NCBI GenBank assembly: GCA_963830365.1
Contig: CAWHMU010000034.1
Coordinates: forward strand, 1 to 54,155
DNA: 54,155 nucleotides
Origin: an uncultured Chlamydiae bacterium
GTDB lineage: Bacteria; Chlamydiota; Chlamydiia; Chlamydiales; Parachlamydiaceae
Direction: 5' to 3'
In this document: positions 8,745 to 19,391 of the stretch, piece by piece
Layout of the letters: each line of letters starts with the position of its first letter
How positions within the stretch are numbered: position 1 is the first letter of the stretch
The notes under the pieces: model-generated
Database searches by the model: none
Told to the model about the DNA's origin: nothing
The model's input: the letters and a program-made list of their open reading frames with translations, nothing else
Made by a program: the position numbers and the translations under genes

Positions 8745-9581
8745 ATGACCGCCTACGAAATAATGTTCATCACATTCTCCGGATCGCTCCTGGCCGGCTT
8801 CTTCGGGGCCCTGTCCGGCCTCGGCGGCGGCATGATCATCGTGCCTCTTTTAGTCCTTTTCATGCATGTCGACATCCATTACGCCATTGGCGCCAGCCTC
8901 ATCGCCGTCATCGCCACATCCACAGGGGCATCTTCAGCCTATGTCAAAGAAGGTTACACCAATATCCGCGCAGGCATCTTTTTAGAGACTGCCACCACCA
9001 TCGGAGCTGTCTTAGGTGTCGCCATCGGAAGCCTTTTACCTGCCGATACCCTATCCCTTATCTTTGGCCTTATTTTGCTATATTGCGCTTTTGCCTCTTT
9101 CTATGCCAATGGTACCGCCGATGACGCCCTGCCCCCCGATAGCTTAGCGACTTATTTTAAGCTGGATAGCTCCTATCCCACGGCCGCCGGCCAGCAAACT
9201 TACCGCGTGCACAATATTCCCTTTGGCTACGCCATCATGTTCATGGCCGGCGCGCTGTCCGGCATTTTGGGCATAGGGTCGGGCGCCCTCAAAGTGCTGG
9301 CCCTGGACCGGGTCATGGGTTTCCCATTTAAAGTCTCCACCACCACCAGCAATTTCATGATCGGCGTCACCGCCGCCGCCAGCGCCGGCCTTTACCTCAG
9401 GTTGGGCTATATCGACCCCATCCTTACCCTGCCGGTAATGCTCGGCGTTGTCATCGGCGCACTCATCGGCGCACGCCTGCTGCCGAAGGCCAAGACCAAG
9501 ACTCTGCGCACCATCTTCACAGGTCTGATCATTATCGTTGCCTCGCAGATGATCTATAAGGGATTTACAGGGATTTTATAG
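8745..9581 (+). CDS. Sulfite exporter TauE/SafE family protein
   Basis: GALSGLGGGMIIVP, SGILGIGSG, PFKVSTTTSNFMIGVTAA; ~8 TM. Confidence 0.9.
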   Translation: MTAYEIMFITFSGSLLAGFFGALSGLGGGMIIVPLLVLFMHVDIHYAIGASLIAVIATSTGASSAYVKEGYTNIRAGIFLETATTIGAVLGVAIGSLLPADTLSLIFGLILLYCAFASFYANGTADDALPPDSLATYFKLDSSYPTAAGQQTYRVHNIPFGYAIMFMAGALSGILGIGSGALKVLALDRVMGFPFKVSTTTSNFMIGVTAAASAGLYLRLGYIDPILTLPVMLGVVIGALIGARLLPKAKTKTLRTIFTGLIIIVASQMIYKGFTGIL

Positions 9582-9941
9582 ATGAAACAATACCTGCCAT
9601 CCCCCGAAAATATGCTAAGCAACATCCTGCGCGGCGGACTTATTCTGTCGCTGATCATCGTGATGTATGGCGCTGCGCTATTCCTCTTTCAAAGAGGCGA
9701 TCAAGTCATTGATTACAGTGTCTTTAAAGGCGTGCCGCCATCCCTTAAAGAGGTCTCCCTGATGCTGGACAGCGCTCGGCAGCACCGTAGCGAGGCCATC
9801 ATCCAGCTGGGGATTTTGATGCTGATAGCCACGCCTGGACTGCGGGTTTTGTCATGCCTCGTCATCTTCGCCTGGCAGCGCGATTACCTATATATATTCC
9901 TTGCCTCGATCGTCTTGCTGGTTTTGCTGTATAGCCTATAA
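9582..9941 (+). CDS. DUF1634 family membrane protein
   Basis: IIQLGILMLIATPGLRV motif; abuts the TauE gene, its usual partner. Confidence 0.85.
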   Translation: MKQYLPSPENMLSNILRGGLILSLIIVMYGAALFLFQRGDQVIDYSVFKGVPPSLKEVSLMLDSARQHRSEAIIQLGILMLIATPGLRVLSCLVIFAWQRDYLYIFLASIVLLVLLYSL

Positions 9942-9963
9942 GTTAAGCCAAAGCTAAAACTTC

Positions 9964-10311
9964 ACCACAGAGGCACCGAGACACAGAGAAACCATGCAAC
10001 CAAACAAAAGAACAGGATAGGCAAGATATTCAGGATAAACACAATAGAAGGAAATGGCAGCCCCGACCGGGACCAATATCTATCTCTCGGATTGCCTAAG
10101 CAATCCGAGGGCATGACGCTGTCATGTGATTGGAGCTAGTTTTCTTCTCTGCGGCTGTTTATCCTGACTATCCTGCCATCCTCTTCTTTTCGCCTCTTAC
10201 CTGCTTTCTCCTAAATAACAAATCTCAAGGAGTGAGGTCGAAGGAACTGTCACGCTTTGCGTTGAACTTTTTGTAGACCCCTACTTCTCTGTGTCTCTGT
10301 GCCTCTGTGGT
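9964..10311. repeat. Inverted-repeat-bounded intergenic element (family F) with nested family G repeat
   Basis: ACCACAGAGGCACCGAGACACAGAGAA ... TTCTCTGTGTCTCTGTGCCTCTGTGGT; inner CAGGATAAAC / GTTTATCCTG arms. Confidence 0.8.
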
Positions 10312-10341
10312 AACTATTTTATATTCCGCCTCGCAAACTTT

Positions 10342-10884
10342 TTACATGGGCATACGGTAGAGATAGATTTTGGTGCGGTAGAGATCGTCGACTTCATGCA
10401 TGGTGCAAGCCTGCCAGCCCGGCACGGCAAAGGTATGCGAAACCACCCAGCAGCCCGGCTTAAGCTCTCTTTCAAATTTATCTTTCAGCCGCTGCATCGC
10501 CCCGGGATACAAGTAGCACACCACAAGGCCTGCATCACGCATATCCACGGTGAAGAAATCCCGCCGCCGCAAGTTTCCATTGGGCAGTTCCGCCAGCCAC
10601 AAGCGTATCTTGGCCACCACATAGGGCACAGGCGAGGTCTCATAACCCGCCACCGTACAATTAGCATAGCGCCTTGCCAATGGCAGCAAAAGCGTCCCCC
10701 AGCCCACCCCTAGCTCATATACGCGGCCATCAACCTCCTGCGGCAGCACTGCCAGCAAAGCCTGCCTGACTTTGCCGCCAGTCGGCATCGGCGAGATGCC
10801 ATTGCGCAATGTCCAGACCACCACCGAAATGCTGATGACAGTCAGCGGCACAAGCACCAATAATATCGTCAGCCACTCTTGCAA
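10342..10884 (-). CDS. Membrane-anchored class I SAM-dependent methyltransferase
   Basis: N-terminal TM, GISPMPT, YELGVGWG (motif I), VVCYLYPGAM, VVSHTF. Confidence 0.85.
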   Translation of the reverse strand: MQEWLTILLVLVPLTVISISVVVWTLRNGISPMPTGGKVRQALLAVLPQEVDGRVYELGVGWGTLLLPLARRYANCTVAGYETSPVPYVVAKIRLWLAELPNGNLRRRDFFTVDMRDAGLVVCYLYPGAMQRLKDKFERELKPGCWVVSHTFAVPGWQACTMHEVDDLYRTKIYLYRMPM

Positions 10885-11008
10885 TGCTTCACCCTCGCCA
10901 TGCTACACTTATGAAAATTTGTGTTTACTTTTGTCTTAACTAAACGCCATTATCCGTATAAAAACCAATGCTTTTTCACCCCGCACTGCTTGCCATGGAG
11001 ATTTTATC

Positions 11009-12037
11009 ATGCCCGACGACCCCACCGCCTATGAAAAATTTATCGAACCCGCCATCGTCAACCTTATCGGCAGCTCCGGCGGCGATCCCGATAGCTACGA
11101 AGGCGAACTCGTCGCCCAAATCATAGAAACAGCCCTCAAACTGCTGACAGAAAAACACGACTTGGGCCAACTCAAAGTCATCAACCGTTCCATCAGGGAG
11201 ATGCGCTACGCCTACAATGTCTTTAATCAATATAAATCAGGACCGTGCATCAGTATCTTCGGTTCCGCCCGCACGCCGGAAGACCACCCCGATTACGCTG
11301 CCGCCAAGATCTTCAGCGCTGGCATGACCAATGAAGGCTGGATGAGCATCACCGGCGCTGCCAACGGCATTATGAAAGCCAGTGTGGAAGGCCACCAAAA
11401 AGAGCAAAGCTTCGGACTTTCCATCCGCCTTCCCTTTGAAACACCCACCAATACCGTCATCGAAGGGGATCCCAAGCTGATTTTCTTTCGCTTCTTCTTT
11501 ACCCGCAAATTGATGTTCATGAGCCATTCCAATGCCCTGGCCGCCTTTCCGGGGGGCTTCGGCACTCTCGATGAGCTTTTTGAAATGCTCACCCTTATCC
11601 AGACCGGCAAAGCCAATATTATCCCCATCGTCTTGATCGAAGGCGCCGGCGGCAACTATTGGCAGGAATGGCAGGAATATATGGCCGACCACCTATTGAA
11701 AAAGCATTGGATCAGCCCCGAAGACATCCACCTCTATTATATAGCCCCGTCACCCGAAGATGCCGTCCAGCATATCCTCAAATTCTATTCCCGCTACCAC
11801 TCCAGCCGCTACGTCAAAGACACCTTCGTCATGCGCCTGCTAAAGCCACTCACGCCGGCTCAAATCGGCATTTTAAATAAAAAATACCACGTCTTGCTTG
11901 CCAGCGGCTCGATGTCAGCCTCAGCCGCACTCTCCGGCGAGACCGACCACCTGGAACTGCCCCGCCTGATCTTCCACCACACCCGCAAAGACTTCGCCGT
12001 GCTGCGCCAGCTCATCGATGAAATCAATAACTTTTAA
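11009..12037 (+). CDS. LOG family (TIGR00730) nucleotide phosphoribohydrolase-like protein
   Basis: SIFGSART, ITGAANGIM, FFTRKLMF and PGGFGTLDE motifs. Confidence 0.9.
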   Translation: MPDDPTAYEKFIEPAIVNLIGSSGGDPDSYEGELVAQIIETALKLLTEKHDLGQLKVINRSIREMRYAYNVFNQYKSGPCISIFGSARTPEDHPDYAAAKIFSAGMTNEGWMSITGAANGIMKASVEGHQKEQSFGLSIRLPFETPTNTVIEGDPKLIFFRFFFTRKLMFMSHSNALAAFPGGFGTLDELFEMLTLIQTGKANIIPIVLIEGAGGNYWQEWQEYMADHLLKKHWISPEDIHLYYIAPSPEDAVQHILKFYSRYHSSRYVKDTFVMRLLKPLTPAQIGILNKKYHVLLASGSMSASAALSGETDHLELPRLIFHHTRKDFAVLRQLIDEINNF

Positions 12038-12137
12038 TATAACAATGCAAAATCATTAGCTAAAAAAAATGCATATAGGGCATGGTCGTGACTCTCTTTT
12101 GAAATCACCACACGCTAGCTAATCATGGATGTTCCCT

Positions 12138-12620
12138 ATGAAATGCCCCTACTGTCATCATGAAGAACTTAAAGTCATTGACTCCCGCAACGCCCCAGAA
12201 ATGAATGCCATCCGCCGCCGCCGCGAATGCTTGGAATGCCAAAAACGATTCACCACCTTCGAAACTGTCGAATTAACCATCGAAGTGAAAAAACGCGACG
12301 GCCGCTATGAAGATTTTCAAAAGCAAAAGCTCATTAACGGTCTGGAAGCGGCCTGCCGACATACCACCATCAGCCACGAACAACTCATCGTCATCGCCTC
12401 TCAAATCACCGGCGATGTGCTGCAACGGCAGGCGCGCGAAATCACAACCACCGAACTTGGCGATATCGTCATGAAACATCTGCAAGCCCTGGATCCTATC
12501 GCCTATATCCGCTTTGCCTGCGTATACCGGCGCTTTAAAGATGTCACCGAACTGATGGATGCCATCCAATCCATTAAACCAAAAGATGACACCCATTCCC
12601 AAAGAATGGTCAAGAAATAA
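12138..12620 (+). CDS. nrdR: Transcriptional repressor NrdR
   Basis: MKCPYC..VIDSR..IRRRRECLECQKRFTTFE zinc ribbon; ATP-cone; AYIRFACVYRRF. Confidence 0.97.
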   Translation: MKCPYCHHEELKVIDSRNAPEMNAIRRRRECLECQKRFTTFETVELTIEVKKRDGRYEDFQKQKLINGLEAACRHTTISHEQLIVIASQITGDVLQRQAREITTTELGDIVMKHLQALDPIAYIRFACVYRRFKDVTELMDAIQSIKPKDDTHSQRMVKK

Positions 12621-12872
12621 ACAACAGGGGAAGCCGCAAATCTAGCCTGGGTTGACTTGTGATTTGAAAGTCCTGCGCCACTCTCAGCTGTCCGGCACCT
12701 TTCAAAGCGCCAGCCAGACCCCAATGATGGCCCAATGAACCAATAAAAAAAGAAATTGCTTGCAGATTGGATTGCGATCGTAGTAAATAGCAATGTACAG
12801 ATTATTTTTTACCCTCATCAGCCAAGAAGCTGTATTTAATGACAATAAATGTGATCAATCAGGAGGATTGCA

Positions 12873-13238
12873 ATGGCGCTGAAAAAAACTGAAATTGCTA
12901 AATTTAAAAAGCGCTTACAAGATATGCAACGCCAGCTTATACACTCGCTCAAAGGTTCGACAGCCGAAGCAAAAAAGCCCGATGAAGGCACCGGCTATTC
13001 CCAGCATCAAGCCGACCAAGGCACCGATGATTTCGACCGCACCATCAGCCTGGAGGTTACCTCCCGCGAATACAGCATCCTACGCCAAATCGAACGCGCA
13101 CTGGAAAAAATCGATGAAAACACCTACGGCATCTGCGATATCACCAACGAGGAAATCCCCTTGCCACGCCTCGAAGCCGTCCCTTACGCCAATATGACCG
13201 TAAAAGCGCAAGAACAGCTGGAAAAGGGATTATTCTAA
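12873..13238 (+). CDS. dksA: DksA/TraR family transcription factor (Chlamydia type)
   Basis: HQADQGTD coiled-coil tip, IERALEKI, YGICD..EEIPLPRLEAVPYA; AGGAGG RBS; located between nrdR and lspA. Confidence 0.9.
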   Translation: MALKKTEIAKFKKRLQDMQRQLIHSLKGSTAEAKKPDEGTGYSQHQADQGTDDFDRTISLEVTSREYSILRQIERALEKIDENTYGICDITNEEIPLPRLEAVPYANMTVKAQEQLEKGLF

Positions 13239-13330
13239 AAAGAATCCGTCAGGTATAGTGATGGGGGCCATAGATGAATATCATCTTTGCCCCTTTACTT
13301 TGACTTTTCCCTCTTTCACCAAGATCTGCT

Positions 13331-13855
13331 ATGCATATATTCACCAAACGCCTCATTCCCTTCTATATCGCCCTCATCATATTCCTGGCCGACCTCATCT
13401 CCAAACATTTAACCCATGCCTACCTGCCCGTCATGCAGCGCGACTGGCTGTGGTACCCTTATGGCGGCATCGGTGTCTTCAAAGATTTTCTCGGCATCGA
13501 TTTCTCCATCAGCCACCAAATCAACCGCGGCGCGGCTTGGGGTATCCTCAGCGACTACCAGCTCCCCCTGCTCTATGCCCGCATCGCCCTCATCGGCGCA
13601 CTCCTGATCTATGCCGTTTTCTTCAATAAACACCCAAACCGCACCATCCCCTTCGCCCTGATCATCTCAGGCGCTATCAGCAATGTGCTGGATTACTTTA
13701 TCTATGGCCACGTGGTAGATATGCTGCATTTTGTGCTGTGGGGATATAACTTCCCCACCTTCAACCTGGCCGATAGCGCCATCTTCATCGGCATCTGCTG
13801 GCTGCTCATCGCTGCAAGCTTTGAAAAAAAAACACCCCCCAAACGCGCGCGATGA
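13331..13855 (+). CDS. lspA: Lipoprotein signal peptidase II
   Basis: NRGAAWG, GAISNVLD, GHVVDM and FNLADSAI motifs. Confidence 0.95.
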   Translation: MHIFTKRLIPFYIALIIFLADLISKHLTHAYLPVMQRDWLWYPYGGIGVFKDFLGIDFSISHQINRGAAWGILSDYQLPLLYARIALIGALLIYAVFFNKHPNRTIPFALIISGAISNVLDYFIYGHVVDMLHFVLWGYNFPTFNLADSAIFIGICWLLIAASFEKKTPPKRAR

Positions 13856-13859
13856 ATAC

Positions 13860-14573
13860 ATGATGAATATACAGCTACGACAAAGCACCGCCGCCGAAAC
13901 CCCCTTGCAGGCCTCGAAATGGCTCGATATCCCAGCCTTGCTGGATGGCGACGAGATGACAGCCCTTTTCCATAGCCTGCCGCCGTTCAGCCTGCACCTC
14001 TGCGGCAGCATCACCCTACGCAACCAGCCAGCCCTTTCCAAAGAAGAATTCCTTAAGCGTTACCATGCCTATATCTCCTGCCTTAAAGAGGGGCATCTGC
14101 CCAACCCGGCCGACTACCAACGCTGGTTCTCACCGGCCATGACGGCGACAAGTGACGCCCTATACGCCATCCCCGTAGCCGATGACAAACAGCTCATCCG
14201 CCTCGCCACACCCGTCGTCCAAATGCAGGCCCATAACATCAACTACTCGCCCGTCGACAAGAAATTCCGCTCCATGGTCTTCGGCTCCGATAATATTCCC
14301 TGGGGCGTCCAATTCTCCTACCCCCAGCAATATCTGGATAATGCCACCAAACAGGTAATCCAGCTGAAAAGCTCCGCCTCAGACCCAAATACGAAACTGT
14401 TTCATGCCCTGCAAAAATGGATCCGCCAACATACCATTCCCACCCCTTTCCACGTGGAAAATACCACCCAGAATGTCCCCATGCGCCTAGGCAAGCATTG
14501 CCTAAACTGGATCAACCGCCATCCCCAACTCATCAACAAAAATATCACCGTCAAAACCCATGCTCACGATTGA
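13860..14573 (+). CDS. Conserved hypothetical protein
   Basis: 237-aa ORF filling lspA-cinA with tight spacing; codon usage like neighbours. Confidence 0.75.
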   Translation: MMNIQLRQSTAAETPLQASKWLDIPALLDGDEMTALFHSLPPFSLHLCGSITLRNQPALSKEEFLKRYHAYISCLKEGHLPNPADYQRWFSPAMTATSDALYAIPVADDKQLIRLATPVVQMQAHNINYSPVDKKFRSMVFGSDNIPWGVQFSYPQQYLDNATKQVIQLKSSASDPNTKLFHALQKWIRQHTIPTPFHVENTTQNVPMRLGKHCLNWINRHPQLINKNITVKTHAHD

Positions 14574-15801
14574 AATTGTTGCCATCGGCAATGAGATACT
14601 TAAAGGCATCACCCTCAATACCAATGCCACCGAGATCAGTAAGGCCCTTTTCGATGCCGGCTACGCCCCCTGCCGCCACACCGCCCTGCCAGATGATCCC
14701 ATGAGCTTGAAAAGCGGCCTGCAGGAGTGCTTAAAAAGAAGTCGCATCGTCATCGCCACCGGCGGCCTCGGACCCACCTGCGATGACACCACCCGCCAGG
14801 CAGCCGCCGCACTGTTCGGCTCAAGCTTCCATCTGGATGAACAGGTGGCCAAGTCTTTGGCACAACGCTACGGCGCGGCCATCATCAGCCTGGAAAACCA
14901 GGCCACCGTGCCATCTAAAGCTACGGTGCTGGAAAATACCGTGGGCACCGCCCCGGGCCTGGCCTTCCATACTGAAACCTCCACCCTCATCCTTATGCCC
15001 GGCGTACCAAGAGAAATGCGCGCCATGCTGCATAGCCAGACCATCCCCTTCCTGCAAAAACACTTCCCGCACAAACAGCATCATATCAGCCAAAAGCTGC
15101 ATTTTTTCGACTTAAGCGAATCTGCCGTCGACCCCATCTTGCGCCGGCTGCAAAGCGACTTCCCGGAAATCGAATTTGGCATTTACCCCTCACATGGCAT
15201 CCTAACTGTCGTCGCCACCATCAAAGCCGCCGCAAAAGACGCCCCGGCGCCACGCCTCGATGCCGCCGCGCAGCTGCTCTTGCAACACTTCGCCGCCAAA
15301 AATTTTAAAGCGCCTTCCGGCAAGCTTGAAGAGGCCGTACAGGAACTCTTCATCCGCCGCGGCTGGACGCTGAGCCTGGCCGAATCATGCACCGGCGGCA
15401 GCGTCGCCGCCAAGCTGGTGCAGCTGCCCGGCGCCTCGGCCTATTTCCTCGGCGGCATCGTAGCCTACTCCTACGCCTTCAAAACAGGCCTGCTCGAGGT
15501 GCCAAACGAGCTGCTGCTTGAAAAAGGCGCCGTCAGCGAAGAAACTGTCGTCGCCATGGTAAGCGGCCTGCTAGCCCGAACGGGCAGCGACTTCGGCATC
15601 GCCATCTCAGGCATCGCCGGCCCGGACGGCGGCACCAAAGACAAACCCGTCGGTACCGTCTGGATTGCCGTCGCCGGCAAAGGGCAGATCCCGCAAACCC
15701 ACCGCCTGCTGGCCTACGGCAACCGGGACATGATCATAGAACGCAGCGTCAACGCAGCCTTAAGCGAACTCTTGCTATATTGTAAATCGTCTGAAAATTA
15801 A
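14560..15801 (+). CDS. cinA: CinA competence/damage-inducible protein (MoCF-like + NMN deamidase PncC domain)
   Basis: AIGNEILKG..NTN, TGGLGPTCDDTT, AESCTGG, GAVSEE, SGIAGPDGG..KPVGTV. Confidence 0.93.
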   Translation: MLTIEIVAIGNEILKGITLNTNATEISKALFDAGYAPCRHTALPDDPMSLKSGLQECLKRSRIVIATGGLGPTCDDTTRQAAAALFGSSFHLDEQVAKSLAQRYGAAIISLENQATVPSKATVLENTVGTAPGLAFHTETSTLILMPGVPREMRAMLHSQTIPFLQKHFPHKQHHISQKLHFFDLSESAVDPILRRLQSDFPEIEFGIYPSHGILTVVATIKAAAKDAPAPRLDAAAQLLLQHFAAKNFKAPSGKLEEAVQELFIRRGWTLSLAESCTGGSVAAKLVQLPGASAYFLGGIVAYSYAFKTGLLEVPNELLLEKGAVSEETVVAMVSGLLARTGSDFGIAISGIAGPDGGTKDKPVGTVWIAVAGKGQIPQTHRLLAYGNRDMIIERSVNAALSELLLYCKSSEN

Positions 15802-15825
15802 GTCTGGACATAGCTTCTGTATAAA

Positions 15826-16022
15826 TTTACCACAGAGGCACCGAGACACCGAGAAACTAAGGTGCATAATCTTCGACCTTGTTTCTGTGGACATTGCTTA
15901 CATTTGCAATGATGAACATAACAAGGAGTCAAACAACTTGCAGTTAATGAGCCTCCCTCTTTAATTTGAGATTCGTCCATACCGCCTGTTATTTCTCTGT
16001 ATCTCGGTGTCTCGGTGGTAAA
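15826..16022. repeat. Inverted-repeat-bounded intergenic element (family F)
   Basis: TTTACCACAGAGGCACCGAGACACCGAGAAA ... TTTCTCTGTATCTCGGTGTCTCGGTGGTAAA. Confidence 0.8.
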
Positions 16023-16090
16023 TATTTTCACAAATACAGAGAACACAGATCGGCAAACGAAAAATCTGAAATTATATTGGAGATGCACAG

Positions 16091-17509
16091 ATGGGTATGT
16101 GGACCAAGAAATCGCTGACGGAATTCACCTCCCATCAGGATAAGCTGCGCCGCACCCTGTCGACCCTAGATCTTATCCTGCTGGGCATCGGCTGCGTCAT
16201 CGGCGCCGGCCTCTTCTCCATCACCGGCATCGCCGCCGCCCAGAATGCCGGACCCGCCATCGTCATCGCCTTCGTGTTGGCGTCCATAGGCTGCGCCTTC
16301 GCCGGCCTATGCTATTGCGAACTTGCCACCATGATCCCCGTTTCCGGCAGCGCCTACTCCTATACCTACGCCTCCATGGGCGAACTGCCGGCCTGGCTCA
16401 TCGGCTGGAGCCTCGTGCTGGAATATGCCATCGGCGCCGGCGCTGTCGCCATCAGCTGGTCGGCCTATGCCCTCTCGCTGCTGGAAGAAATACACATCTA
16501 CCTCCCGCCCCAGATCATGGCTTCCCCCTGGCAGGCGCCCCTGCTAGCAAACGGCGGCGTGAACAGCGGCTACATCAACCTGCCAGCCATCTTGGTCATC
16601 GTGGCCATTTCCCTGTTGCTCATCAAAGGCATCCGCCAATCGGCAGCTTTCAATGCCGTCATCGTCAGCATCAAAGTCGCTATCGCCCTCGTCTTCATCG
16701 CTGTCGGCGCCTTCTATGTCGATCCCGCAAATTATGTCCCTTTCATCCCGGAAAATACCGGCACCTTCGGCGCTTTCGGCTGGAGCGGCATCTTGCGGGC
16801 TTCGGGGGTGTTGTTCTTTGCCTATATCGGCTTCGATGCCATCTCCACCACCGCTCTTGAAGCCAAAAATCCCCAACAGACCATCCCCCGTGGCATCTTA
16901 GGCGCCCTGGCCATTTGCACGGTGATCTATATCGCTTTTGGATTTGTGCTGACGGGCCTGGTCAATTACAAGGAATTGAATGTCGCCGCCCCCGTGGCCC
17001 TGGCCATCTCAAAGACACCCTTCCCCTGGCTGCAAATACTTGTCAAACTGGCGGTGCTGGCAGGGCTTACCTCGGTCATCTTGGTGCTGTTGCTCGGCCA
17101 GTCGCGCATCTTCTACGTCATGGCCAGCGACGGCCTGCTGCCGCCATATTTTGCCCGGCTGCATCCGGTATACCGTACGCCATGGATCTGCAATCTCATC
17201 CTGATGGTCCTTGTCAGCGCTCTTGCCGCCTTTGTGCCGATCGATGTGATCAGCCACATGACCAGCATCGGCACGCTGTTTGCCTTCGTGTTGGTGTGTG
17301 CAAGCGTCATGATCCTGCGCTACCGCCACCCCGAATACCCCCGTCCTTTCAAGACCCCCCTATTCCCTTGGGTGCCGCTGCTCGGCATCTTCACCTGCGC
17401 CGGCATGATGGCCTTCCTCGGCAGCGACTCGTGGCTGCGCCTCATCGCCTGGCTGCTCATCGGCCTGGCCATCTACTTCGGCTATGGCAGAAAGCACGCT
17501 CGTGCCTAA
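16091..17509 (+). CDS. APC-family (cationic amino acid-type) permease
   Basis: LGIGCVIGAGLF, YCELATMIPVSGSAYSY, FFAYIGFDAI, SIGTLFAF; ~12 TM. Confidence 0.93.
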   Translation: MGMWTKKSLTEFTSHQDKLRRTLSTLDLILLGIGCVIGAGLFSITGIAAAQNAGPAIVIAFVLASIGCAFAGLCYCELATMIPVSGSAYSYTYASMGELPAWLIGWSLVLEYAIGAGAVAISWSAYALSLLEEIHIYLPPQIMASPWQAPLLANGGVNSGYINLPAILVIVAISLLLIKGIRQSAAFNAVIVSIKVAIALVFIAVGAFYVDPANYVPFIPENTGTFGAFGWSGILRASGVLFFAYIGFDAISTTALEAKNPQQTIPRGILGALAICTVIYIAFGFVLTGLVNYKELNVAAPVALAISKTPFPWLQILVKLAVLAGLTSVILVLLLGQSRIFYVMASDGLLPPYFARLHPVYRTPWICNLILMVLVSALAAFVPIDVISHMTSIGTLFAFVLVCASVMILRYRHPEYPRPFKTPLFPWVPLLGIFTCAGMMAFLGSDSWLRLIAWLLIGLAIYFGYGRKHARA

Positions 17510-19296
17510 GAAGCTTCTTTCAAGAGCGTCTCGCGCGCTTGAATCAAGGCCGTCATGATTTGCGTACACTCCTCTTTCCTTGCCTGCCCGCATTTATCCG
17601 GATGATGGATCAGACCTAATTGGCGTATCAACCTGCCAAGATATACCTTGGCATTCTGGCTGTATTTGGCTTCATCGAAATCCCCATTGGGAGCCAATAT
17701 TTTTCTTGCCTCGGACGGGTTGTTTGGATTCAGATTCGAAAAATTAGCTTCCGCCTGTTTTGCTGCCGATGGACCCCATAACGACCAGCCCGAAAATAGG
17801 GATGTTTTCATGATTCTATCAATCTTCCAATCCATATTGTCTATGTTAGCTTTGTGATGCTTACAGGGATCTTTAGAACGGATACAAGGTTCTCTTTTCT
17901 CCCAAAACCATTTATCCTTTTCCCAAAACCACTTCGCCGACTCTTTCTTTAAACAGGCAGCAAATTCATCTCTTTCCGCCTTTAAACAGGCGGCAAGTTT
18001 TTTCTCTTCCCAAAGCTTTTCCTGCCTCAAATCTTTACTTTTGAAAAACCGATAACGAGCATCAATCGTGGAGATAAGTGATGATAAAACTCTGGCTGAC
18101 ATATGCGCCAGGTTGATGCCATAAACGACCACATTCCGAAAAGCCTTGAGCGGACTTAAGCTGCGGTTTTTCCAACTCTTTTTTATGCCATCAAATGCCT
18201 GCTTGGCAACCCCTGCTGTCGAAACTAGTGTGATAAATGGTAAAAATATATTAAAAAAAGCAGCCGTATTTTTTGCACTTTGCTTTTCTTCCATAATTCC
18301 GAAGAGAGCCACCATGGATATTGGCACAATCAAAGGCCAATGCGCAGTAACAGTGATAAATTCAGCAAATGTGGCTAGCTGTGATAGCGATGCCACTCCC
18401 CATAATGCATAATTTGCAGCCTTAGGATTTAAGGCATACTGTGCCACCCAATCGGCCGCAATCAGCGTAGCCAACAAAGCTTGTGTTTGGCTTATGTTCA
18501 AAGGATGTTTTCTCTGCGTACATGCTCCGATCAATGCCAACGGAGATATTCCATGCACATCGCTTTTGCTAACGTCCATCTTTCCTTCATTGACAAGTAG
18601 CTTAATGCATGGCGATTCCATGGCACAGGCGAAATGTAGGGGTGTTTGCCCGTCATTATTAGTAACTAGATTGAGATCAATCCCACACGCTAGAGCTTTT
18701 CTAAGAAGCTTTTCATTGCCTTGCGCTGCTGCAAAATGCAATAAGGTATTTCCTGCTCGATCTTGATGATAGATTTCCATAGATTGCCAATGCCCCGGCA
18801 AATACCCCAACATCATATCGCTGTGTAGTGTAATCCTGGTAGAAACCTCTTCAACCAGCTCGCAAATACGATTCAGCTGATTTATTTTCTCCGGATTTTG
18901 CAATACCGTCATGGAAACATCTACCTTTTGTCCAATCACGCAAGCCAGCAGCTCCGGCATCAGCGTATCGGGCCTTGACGATAGCATGGCATAGTCGTAG
19001 GCGGAAAGTTCTTGTCCGTCTTTTAGCTCTGGTTTTGCCCCCTGTGCTATCAAAAACTTAGCAATCGACATATGACCTTTGCTGACAGCCATGTGAAGCG
19101 GCAGGTCTCCATCGGACGGCGTATTGACCAAAGCTAACAGAGCATCGCCTACAGGAGTTTTGGCTACTAATGCCTGCAGCGCAGGAAGGTCGCCCTGGCG
19201 GCAAGCTTTTAGTACTAACGGGAGGGGGTTTTCAGCCACCGCACCCCCCCAGTTCCATGGCAGCAGGGACGGACAAGCAGCATCAATCGATGGCAT
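17506..19296 (-). CDS. Ankyrin-repeat membrane protein with C-terminal J-domain-like (HPD) module, paralog 1
   Basis: LPLHMAV, GNTLLHFAA and GQTPLHFAC ankyrin motifs; central hydrophobic segments; LIHHPDKC...LIQARETL. Confidence 0.85.
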   Translation of the reverse strand: MPSIDAACPSLLPWNWGGAVAENPLPLVLKACRQGDLPALQALVAKTPVGDALLALVNTPSDGDLPLHMAVSKGHMSIAKFLIAQGAKPELKDGQELSAYDYAMLSSRPDTLMPELLACVIGQKVDVSMTVLQNPEKINQLNRICELVEEVSTRITLHSDMMLGYLPGHWQSMEIYHQDRAGNTLLHFAAAQGNEKLLRKALACGIDLNLVTNNDGQTPLHFACAMESPCIKLLVNEGKMDVSKSDVHGISPLALIGACTQRKHPLNISQTQALLATLIAADWVAQYALNPKAANYALWGVASLSQLATFAEFITVTAHWPLIVPISMVALFGIMEEKQSAKNTAAFFNIFLPFITLVSTAGVAKQAFDGIKKSWKNRSLSPLKAFRNVVVYGINLAHMSARVLSSLISTIDARYRFFKSKDLRQEKLWEEKKLAACLKAERDEFAACLKKESAKWFWEKDKWFWEKREPCIRSKDPCKHHKANIDNMDWKIDRIMKTSLFSGWSLWGPSAAKQAEANFSNLNPNNPSEARKILAPNGDFDEAKYSQNAKVYLGRLIRQLGLIHHPDKCGQARKEECTQIMTALIQARETLLKEAS

Positions 19297-19391
19297 AGAA
19301 AGCCTCGTTTATTAAATTTTAAAGAAACATACTAATTTCAAACACATGTTAAAAGCAAGAATGATCCATTACGAAAGCAGGGCCTTTTCTT

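Noticed and set aside
16307..17619. Many overlapping ORFs in GC-rich genes (also cinA, TrmH, MBL, GH81)
   Set aside because: Shadow frames of well-supported genes caused by GC3 bias.
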